Origin: Nitrospinales bacterium
GTDB lineage: Bacteria; Nitrospinota; Nitrospinia; Nitrospinales; VA-1
DNA length: 64,000 bases
Assembly (NCBI GenBank): GCA_965263085.1
Contig: OZ253582.1
Coordinates: 1,848,385-1,912,384, forward strand
Reading direction: 5' to 3'
A model generated the notes under the pieces. That model saw only the letters and a list, made by a program, of their open reading frames with translations, was not told where the DNA came from and searched no databases. The translations under genes were made by a program, and so were the position numbers. Positions 7,188 to 14,501 of the stretch are shown one piece after another; positions within the stretch are counted from its first letter, which is position 1, and every line of letters begins with the position of its first letter.

Positions 7188-9587
7188 TTAAAAATTAAAT
7201 TCCCTTAGAATTTTATTAAGTTCGCTATTTTTGGAAACGATAGAATACGATTTATCATTCACCTGAAGGTTAAACCTAGGATCCATCTTGAAATATTTTT
7301 CAAATAAATTTCTATCAGGTTTTCTTGTCAAGGTATTTTTAATATTTTCTATGATAGCCTTAATGGCTTTTACGCTAGTTCCTTCTCCGAGAGCATTTTT
7401 AATAACTTTGTCATACAGGCGAAGGTTATTAGAAATTGTATCATTTTGGCAAATACCATTATTTAATTTAATAGCTGTTAATGAACTTAATATAGATCTT
7501 ATTACACAGGGATTTAGATTGAAAGAACTTACGTTATTAACTTTTTCAATGATCAACTGAAAGCTTTGAGGCCCACTAAGTAGAATTATTTGTATCTGCA
7601 AAACAAAGTCTTCATAGTCGTTTTCTGAAGCAAATACACCACAAAGTAAATCGTATTTGTCATTATCCACCTCAATTATGTTTTTGCTTTTTAGTATTGT
7701 TCTTTTTATTGTGTCATTAGCTAAAAACCTGGTTTTTAAAAATTCATTATGGATTTTCTTCAAGGTGGCAGGTCTGTTTCTTACAAGAAAGTCGATTATT
7801 TCTTCCTCTATAAATTTAAAAGATTTTTCCTTAAATGTTTTTAAGCCAACCATAAATCCTGGCCTAGTTAAAAATCGTTTATCATCTTGAACAATGCCAT
7901 GTAGCATGTGGCGGTTAAATTCCTGATCCCACTCTTTTGGATAATTGTTAAATAAATCTTCAAAAATAACTTTATTGCTCATAAATTTATTTTTATCCAT
8001 TAAGTAGTGATAAGTCTCATCTCTTATTTTTGCAATATTAGATTCCGAAAATTTTAAATTTTCATATGTATTATAGGTTCCAATATCAACAACTAATGTT
8101 TCTTCTAATCTTCCTAGTGTCGTGCTAACTAAGCGCTGAGAAATACTGCTATTAAATAATTTATTAAATATTCTCGTTGCTTCGGAAATATGCAAAGGTC
8201 TTTTTTCTTTTCTAAACATAAAAATATACTTTGCAACTAAAGGAATATTCCCACTTTCGAGCAGACCTTTTTGAAACCGGACTCCATATTTATTTTTTAG
8301 ATAGTTGGTTACAAAAAAAGGTGGGATATCTTGAGTTCGAGTGAGAATGTTTTTTAATGAAATAGGCCAATCCGAAGAAAAAAATTCTTTTCGTATTTTC
8401 GTTTTCCAGGTTTGTTTGGTTTCGTGTTCTGGTTCAATAAAAATATAACTATTGTCGACAGCAACATTTTCGAGATTTTTATTAATTGACTCTTTGTGAA
8501 GGTAAATAAAAATACGAAAATCCTTAACACCACATGAAAAACTTGTTGCTATATCTTTGATTTCAAGACCCCCACCTTTTTCTTTTATTTTGCATATTAT
8601 TTGGTTGTAAATAGTTATCGATTCATCAAGGTATAGTCTTTTATATTTTGATACTATTTTATGATCAATAATTTGCCTTGCTCGTTCACGTGTTATGCCA
8701 TAGCCACGTCCTATTTCTTCTAATGTTAAATTATGTGTTGTGCGCTCTACTAAAATCTTAAAATCTCTTTCTTTGAGAATCTCGGATAATTCATTTACAA
8801 TTTTATTAATATTTGGTTTCTCTGGAGCATCATCGACTTTTAATTCTTTTTTTGAGAATAGATCCTTTTTCTTCTTTACGCTATCAATAAGCTCTTGGAA
8901 TTCGAGAGCTGTTTTTCTTCCAAGATTTGTAACTTTTAATAATTTGTTTATTGCCCTTGGTCCGTCCTCTAAATAATCTCTTACTGTCTTATATGGAAAC
9001 TTCCCATTCGCGCAAATATGTTCTAAGCGAACACTAATATTTTTATTTTTTAGAAGTTCAATTATTGATAAATTCCCTAAACTATCATCTAAAGATGAAA
9101 TGCTTTCGGGACACGGTTCGTTTTTTGTCATTGCTTCGTCAATGTTCCTCTGGAATTCGAGAGCTGTTTTTCTTCCAAGATTTGTAACTTTTAATAATTT
9201 GTTTATTGCCCTTGGTCCGTCCTCTAAATAATCTCTTACTGTCTTATATGGAAACTTCCCATTCGCGCAAATATGTTCTAAGCGAACGCTAATATTTTTA
9301 TTTTTTAGAAATTCAATTATTGATAAATTCTCTAGACCACCATCAAAATTTGATTTTTCTTTTATGCGAGCTTCATATGAGGATGAAATCTGTAGTGTAG
9401 GCTTATTTTCCGGATGTGAATCTTTTTCAGTAATTGCCTCTGCATCTTGGCATGTCAGAGCAATCTTGATATTCTTTGTAGGTTTTCCATCAGAAGTGGC
9501 GGTTGAATGTCCATCCGAATGCGAAACAATTGTGCCGGAGTTTCCTCGGTATTTTTTATCTATTGTAAGATCTGAAAGTAAAGACAC
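7188..9587 (-). CDS. Large multi-HTH DNA-binding protein: two RNAP alpha-CTD-like helix-hairpin-helix modules, a sigma-70 region-4-like HTH and a ~480-aa C-terminal region of unknown function
   Basis: 799 aa. The module NLSIIE(F/L)LKNKNISVRLEHICANGKFPYKTVRDYLEDGPRAINKLLKVTNLGRKTALEFQ occurs twice (residues ~86-146 and ~171-231). LTLEEIGRGYGITRERARQIIDHK lies at ~287-310. The stop is 1 nt before the ATG of the next gene. Confidence 0.7.
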   Translation of the reverse strand: MSLLSDLTIDKKYRGNSGTIVSHSDGHSTATSDGKPTKNIKIALTCQDAEAITEKDSHPENKPTLQISSSYEARIKEKSNFDGGLENLSIIEFLKNKNISVRLEHICANGKFPYKTVRDYLEDGPRAINKLLKVTNLGRKTALEFQRNIDEAMTKNEPCPESISSLDDSLGNLSIIELLKNKNISVRLEHICANGKFPYKTVRDYLEDGPRAINKLLKVTNLGRKTALEFQELIDSVKKKKDLFSKKELKVDDAPEKPNINKIVNELSEILKERDFKILVERTTHNLTLEEIGRGYGITRERARQIIDHKIVSKYKRLYLDESITIYNQIICKIKEKGGGLEIKDIATSFSCGVKDFRIFIYLHKESINKNLENVAVDNSYIFIEPEHETKQTWKTKIRKEFFSSDWPISLKNILTRTQDIPPFFVTNYLKNKYGVRFQKGLLESGNIPLVAKYIFMFRKEKRPLHISEATRIFNKLFNSSISQRLVSTTLGRLEETLVVDIGTYNTYENLKFSESNIAKIRDETYHYLMDKNKFMSNKVIFEDLFNNYPKEWDQEFNRHMLHGIVQDDKRFLTRPGFMVGLKTFKEKSFKFIEEEIIDFLVRNRPATLKKIHNEFLKTRFLANDTIKRTILKSKNIIEVDNDKYDLLCGVFASENDYEDFVLQIQIILLSGPQSFQLIIEKVNNVSSFNLNPCVIRSILSSLTAIKLNNGICQNDTISNNLRLYDKVIKNALGEGTSVKAIKAIIENIKNTLTRKPDRNLFEKYFKMDPRFNLQVNDKSYSIVSKNSELNKILREFNF
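8896..9334. repeat. In-frame tandem duplication inside the 799-aa gene, period 255 bp
   Basis: The 184-bp cores at 8896-9079 and 9151-9334 differ at only 3 positions (9033/9288, 9056/9311, 9076/9331). The ~71-bp linker between them is not duplicated. Confidence 0.95.
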
Positions 9588-9667
9588 TATTTGCTCCAGA
9601 AAAAAATAGTAGATTAATAGCGATGGCCTTATAATAAGTCTTTTGAAAAAAATTGGTATGTTTTTTT

Positions 9668-10176
9668 ATGGAAATTCTTTGCCCCTTCTGCAAGCCTTAT
9701 AAATTTAAACTAATTCTGGAAGGCAATAATTTTCTAATTATTGAAGATTCCCATCCGATTTCCCTAGGACATCTTTTAATAATTACCAAAAGGCATGTAA
9801 AATCTTTTTTTTTAACTACGGACGAAGAAAAGGTCGCTTTATTCAATGGAATAGAGCAAGCAAAAGCTTTAATTGAAAAGGGATCACAAGCCCCAATGGA
9901 TATAATATTGGAATTAATGATGGTGAAGCGGCCGGCCAAACTATTAATCATCTACACATACATGTGATTCCTAGGTATAAAGGTGATTCTCGAGACCCAC
10001 GCGGAGAAATTTGGTGGGTCTTCCCTGATAAAGCCTCATATTGGCAAAATATTGAGGAGACTTTAGATGAGTTGCCAGATGCGTTTGGTAAAGACCTCTT
10101 CGACCAGAAATGCAATGTGGTTTTTCAACATGTTTATGAATCTTATTATGGGCAAGGGCAGAGTGTATATAGTTAG
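9668..10176 (+). pseudogene. HIT-family (histidine triad) hydrolase gene interrupted by a frameshift
   Basis: The N-terminal part (MEILCPFCKP...ALIEKGSQAP) is in one frame. The HIT core (NGYNIGINDGEAAGQTINHLHIHVIPRYKGD) is in the -1 frame, which only opens after a TGA at 9874-9876. The shift must lie in 9877-9897, most simply in the C4 run at 9891-9894. Confidence 0.7.
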
Positions 10177-10242
10177 CTCTATAGATGTAAACAAATCTAT
10201 GAAAATAGATGAAACGAAAATTATTTAGAGAAACCTTACCAA

Positions 10243-11712
10243 ATGCCCTGTGAATTCTTCATAAAGAATGCCCAACGTACACGTTGCCAATTTAATATTG
10301 GAGAAGGGTCATTGATTTCTCTATCTGATGGGAGGAGGGCTTGTCAATTTCATGCTCCACTACAAGATACCAATGGAAATGGAACAGAAAAGGCAAAATG
10401 GAATGAGGGCGGGAACAAGAATTTTAATGGTGAAGTTGGTAATCAAATCCGGAACGCTGGTAGAAAGAAAGTAGACCTATCTGGTGTTGTTTTTCCAGTG
10501 GAAATTAAGTTTTCCGATTGCGAATGTAGGCCAGATTTTGAGCAAGCCACATTTCATAAAGCGGTGGTTTTCCGAGGTGTCTCTTTTCCTGAAGAAAGTT
10601 CATTCAAGAAAACGAATTTTTTGGATGCGGTAGATTTTCAATATTCAAAGTTTGCTTCTACAACAAGTTTTGTCTCAGCTAAATTTAGCGGGGCATCCAA
10701 TTTCTCAAATACCGTATTTACAAAAGATGCGGATTTCACTGGATTGAAATTTAAAAATAAAACCTCATTTACTGAGACAACCTTCGAAGATAAAGCTACT
10801 TTTGAAAAGACGGTATTTGCGAAAGAAGCATCATTTGACCGCACTAAATTTATTGGTGATGCTGATTTTGTCGGGTCACAATTCAACTCCGAAGTTGACT
10901 TTGCAAATACAATATTCACAAAGAATGCAAATTTCTTCAATACGGTATTTAAAGGGTCTTTAAAGTTTACAGAGGTTCAATTTGAGGGACCTGCGAATTT
11001 TAACGTAGATGATGAGGGTCTTCCTTCATCTTTTCCAGAATTAGATTTTTCAAACTCAACATTCAAAGACTCCGTTTCATTCATCAATAGAAAATTTTTA
11101 ACAACCTCCAATTTTGATGAATGCGTGTTTTTTGTCGCACCTGAATTTCAAGGTTGCACACTCCATCAAGACACCAAGTTTCCTCAGGGCAGAAACTTCA
11201 AAGATCATAGCCCTGACGCCGCTCCCGCCTACAGAACTCTGAAGTTGGACATGGAAAATAGCCGTGCTCGTCAGGAAGAGGCTATGTTTTATGCTTTAGA
11301 GCAAAAATGTCAAGCGGCTGATTCCAAAACGGACTGCGTGGTGAAACGTTTTTCTCGCCTTTACGAACTAACCTCTAATTATGGGCAGAGTCTTGGGCGG
11401 CCTGTTGCTTCGATGTCAGGAGTTTCCGTGTCATTTTTCCTAATATATCTATTAATGGCTACAGGATTTTCTTGGAAAACTTTAGCTTCCATAGAATTTT
11501 CTTGGAAAACTTTAGGCCCCACTATTGGGTTCACTATCGAGCAGTCTGTAAGTCCATTTAAGGTTTGGAGGCTACCTGTTTCACCTGAATGGTTATCTAG
11601 TGGTGTTGATTTGGTTGTACTTAAAATTATTGCTACCCTACACTCGTCACTCTTCTTAGTTTTTTTTGGTCTATTCATTTTAGTTCTGCGTTGGAGATTT
11701 AAAAGAGGGTGA
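10243..11712 (+). CDS. Pentapeptide-repeat protein with a Cys-containing N-terminus and two C-terminal transmembrane segments
   Basis: 489 aa. It carries ~200 aa of F-rich pentads (ATFHKAVVFRGVSFPEESSFKKTNFLDAVDF...). The C-terminal hydrophobic stretches are VSVSFFLIYLLMATGF and SSLFLVFFGLFILVL. Confidence 0.8.
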   Translation: MPCEFFIKNAQRTRCQFNIGEGSLISLSDGRRACQFHAPLQDTNGNGTEKAKWNEGGNKNFNGEVGNQIRNAGRKKVDLSGVVFPVEIKFSDCECRPDFEQATFHKAVVFRGVSFPEESSFKKTNFLDAVDFQYSKFASTTSFVSAKFSGASNFSNTVFTKDADFTGLKFKNKTSFTETTFEDKATFEKTVFAKEASFDRTKFIGDADFVGSQFNSEVDFANTIFTKNANFFNTVFKGSLKFTEVQFEGPANFNVDDEGLPSSFPELDFSNSTFKDSVSFINRKFLTTSNFDECVFFVAPEFQGCTLHQDTKFPQGRNFKDHSPDAAPAYRTLKLDMENSRARQEEAMFYALEQKCQAADSKTDCVVKRFSRLYELTSNYGQSLGRPVASMSGVSVSFFLIYLLMATGFSWKTLASIEFSWKTLGPTIGFTIEQSVSPFKVWRLPVSPEWLSSGVDLVVLKIIATLHSSLFLVFFGLFILVLRWRFKRG

Positions 11713-11756
11713 ACATGCCTAATTCAAATGAATATATCTACCACGGAACAATTTAT

Positions 11757-11831
11757 AGGCTGTTAGCTCAACGGGCAGAGCACTGACTCTTAATCAGTAG
11801 GTCGAAGGTTCGATTTCTTCACGGCTTACCA
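11757..11831 (+). tRNA. tRNA-Lys(CUU)-like gene with non-canonical features (possibly degenerate)
   Basis: Hand-folded cloverleaf: acceptor AGGCTGT/ACGGCTT, D arm GCTC-AACGGGCA-GAGC, anticodon arm ACTGA-CTCTTAA-TCAGT, T arm GAAGG-TTCGATT-TCTTC, encoded CCA. Oddities are A1-T72, two G-T pairs in the acceptor stem, G53-T61 and one nucleotide missing at the D/anticodon junction. Confidence 0.55.
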
Positions 11832-12083
11832 AATTTTGGAAATTATCTGAATAAGTTTTTTTCAGTCTATTTCATTCCCTTTTATTCCTGGATAACCCCT
11901 ATAATATTTCCCCGTGAGGGCTTGCATTCATCCAGGAACTCAAGAAATTGTTGGAACGTCTGCCATCGACCCAAAGCAGGCATTCTTATGAAGAATAAAA
12001 AATGGGCTTACTGAGATGGTGCTAAGCTGGCTACCGTTTCTTTCAAAGCTTAACTGTACGATTTTTGGACCGACTCAACTAAC

Positions 12084-13964
12084 ATGGCAAGTCTAATTCC
12101 CTCTCTTAATAGTTGCGTTAAACGAATGCAATCGGGCGAGAAGCGTTTCGCTTGGCGCATAGAGAGCCATTTGGAGGACGACTACCTCTGCTGGTACGAT
12201 TTGCCTGTCGGCAAAAGACAGCGATATTTCGACTTCATTATCCTGCATCCGGCACGTGGTCTGTTGTTGCTGGAGGTGAAGGACTGGAAGCTGGATACCA
12301 TCCAGAAGATAGATAAGGCGACTGCAACTATCATCATCCCGCAGGGCGTCAAAACCGAAGTCAACCCTCTGGAACAGGCACGTCAATGCACCAATCAACT
12401 GATACAACAGCTGGAGAAGGACCCTCAATTGGTCCACCAAACAGGACGTTATAAGGGCCACGTGGTTTTTCCATACGGTTATGGGGTGGTATTGAGCAAT
12501 ATTACCCGTAGGCAGTTTGAATCTACTGACTTGGGAGAAGTGTTACCTGAGCACCAAGTTATCTGTAAGGATGAAATGGTTGAAAGCGTGGAGCCAGAGA
12601 TCTTTCAAGAGCGCTTATGGAACATGTTCAACGTCCAGTTTTCGCATCCTCTTACCCTACCGCAGATTGATCGTATCCGTTGGCACATGTTTCCCGAAGT
12701 TAGAATCAATACAGACGATCAGGGCAATCTTTTTTCAGAGGAGCCAGAAGAGGAGGATATAGAAGAGCTGCTACCTGACATTATAAAGGTCATGGATAGG
12801 CAGCAGGAAATGCTGGCACGCAGTCTTGGGGAAGGACACCGGGTCATCCATGGGGTGGCCGGTTCTGGCAAAACCTTGATCCTGGGTTATCGCTGTCTCT
12901 ACCTCGCCAAGATGCTGAACAAACCAATTCTTGTCCTCTGCTACAACATAACACTGGCCGCTAGGTTGCGCGAACTGATTGCTGGGCGAGGTCTTGGTGA
13001 TAAGGTCAGCGTCTATCACTTCCATGACTGGTGCGGTGAACAGCTACGCACCTACCATATTGATCGACCACAACAGCGGGGCGACAAGTATTTTGACCGG
13101 CTTGTTGAGACGGTCATTGCTGCAGCGGAGAAGGGTGAGATACCAAAATGTCAGTATGGCGCAGTAATGATCGACGAAGGCCATGACTTTAAGCCTGAAT
13201 GGCTGGAGCTTGTGGTAAGCATGGTTGATTCCAAGACCAATTCCCTACTGTTGCTTTATGACGATGCACAGTCGATCTACAGCAAGAAGAACCAGCTCGA
13301 CTTCAGCTTATCTAGTGTCGGAGTTCAGGCAAAGGGCCGGACAACTATACTAAAATTGAATTATCGGAATACCAAAGAAATTCTTGGTTTCGCTTACCAG
13401 TTTGTCCGCAGATACCTTAATCTAGATGCTAAGGGCGAGGATCATGTGCCGTTGGTTGAGCCTGAGGCGGCGGCGGGGCGTCATGGACCTGCACCCGTAG
13501 TAAAGACTTTTAACTCTTATGAAGAGGAAGTAGGCTATATCGCTCGTACCTTCAAGCGAATGCATGACGAACAGGGGATTCCCTGGTCCGATATGTGCGT
13601 AATATATTGGAATAACTGGATGGGAGAAAAACTGCATACCCAATTAACGTCCATAGGTGTTCCCTGTCAATGGCTCAGGGATTCAAAGGAGAAAAAGCTG
13701 TTTAAGTCCTCGGCTGACAGCGTGAAGTTAATGACAATGCACAGCAGTAAGGGTTTAGAATTCCCCATTGTTGCGGTATCAGGGATAGGGAATATGCCTG
13801 CTGACGGACAGGACCCAGTCTCAGCGGCCAAAGTGCTGTATGTTGCGATGACACGTTCCACAGAAAAACTGTTGCTTACCAGTCATAGAGAGACTGAGTT
13901 TCTTTCCCAATTGAAGCAGGTAGATCATGACCTTTCCACTATAAATTGGACAGTCAAAAAGTAG
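12084..13964 (+). CDS. NERD nuclease-like domain fused to a UvrD/PcrA-type SF1 helicase
   Basis: 626 aa. NERD-like FDFIILHPARGLLLLEVKDWK; Walker A GVAGSGKT; Walker B MIDEGHDF; C-terminal TMHSSKGLEFPIV and LYVAMTRS. Confidence 0.8.
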   Translation: MASLIPSLNSCVKRMQSGEKRFAWRIESHLEDDYLCWYDLPVGKRQRYFDFIILHPARGLLLLEVKDWKLDTIQKIDKATATIIIPQGVKTEVNPLEQARQCTNQLIQQLEKDPQLVHQTGRYKGHVVFPYGYGVVLSNITRRQFESTDLGEVLPEHQVICKDEMVESVEPEIFQERLWNMFNVQFSHPLTLPQIDRIRWHMFPEVRINTDDQGNLFSEEPEEEDIEELLPDIIKVMDRQQEMLARSLGEGHRVIHGVAGSGKTLILGYRCLYLAKMLNKPILVLCYNITLAARLRELIAGRGLGDKVSVYHFHDWCGEQLRTYHIDRPQQRGDKYFDRLVETVIAAAEKGEIPKCQYGAVMIDEGHDFKPEWLELVVSMVDSKTNSLLLLYDDAQSIYSKKNQLDFSLSSVGVQAKGRTTILKLNYRNTKEILGFAYQFVRRYLNLDAKGEDHVPLVEPEAAAGRHGPAPVVKTFNSYEEEVGYIARTFKRMHDEQGIPWSDMCVIYWNNWMGEKLHTQLTSIGVPCQWLRDSKEKKLFKSSADSVKLMTMHSSKGLEFPIVAVSGIGNMPADGQDPVSAAKVLYVAMTRSTEKLLLTSHRETEFLSQLKQVDHDLSTINWTVKK

Positions 13965-14114
13965 AGTTTTTCTGTTAAGATTCGGGTTTAAGGAGGATTC
14001 TATGAAACAGATTCGGTGACGAAGTGATGAAAGTTTTTGCGGTGTAGCTAAGGAAAGTTAGTTAAAGTTTAACGTTTCGTAACTTACTTAATAAATACTT
14101 GGGAGTTTAATCTA

Positions 14115-14354
14115 ATGACTTCAAATGACGATGATACGAGTAGAGAGTTGGAACGCCTCAGGGCAGAAAATGAAGCATTAAAGCAAAAAAAATCAGATAA
14201 CATCACTTTTAAGGTTGGCCAAAAAGGCGGTATGTCGATGTATGGTCTTGGCCGTTTTCCCGTAACTTTATACAAAAGTCAATGGCTCGTACTTTTAGAT
14301 GCCACAGACAAAATCAGAGAGTTTTTAAAAAACCATGACCATGAATTAAAGTAA
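14115..14354 (+). CDS. Hypothetical 79-aa protein (N-terminal coiled-coil, conserved-looking GLGRFPVTLYKSQW core)
   Basis: ORF with GGGAG 8 nt upstream of the ATG. I recognise no family. Confidence 0.5.
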   Translation: MTSNDDDTSRELERLRAENEALKQKKSDNITFKVGQKGGMSMYGLGRFPVTLYKSQWLVLLDATDKIREFLKNHDHELK

Positions 14355-14405
14355 CTCGGTGTTCACCGTTAGGTGTCTTAAAACCAAGGACTTTGAATTG
14401 CTATT

Positions 14406-14421
14406 TGGCATTCCTATTGTC
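14406..14421 (+). promoter_or_regulatory. Weak candidate sigma54 (-24/-12) promoter upstream of ureD
   Basis: TTGGCATTCCTATTGT has the GG-N10 spacing, but the -12 element reads TTGT instead of TTGC. It lies ~85 nt upstream of ureD. Confidence 0.3.
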
Positions 14422-14501
14422 AGAATTTGATTGGAATAACGCCGACTAAATGGGTTTGCGGGCCATGATTTTGATAGCAACCTTTCGCATAGGCGTTCAT
14501 T

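Noticed and set aside
9653-9667. TTG start at 9653 for the HIT ORF, and 18868 as the ureG start
   Set aside because: Downstream ATG codons (9668; 18919) give N-termini that match the families. In the ureG case the later start also avoids overlap with ureF.
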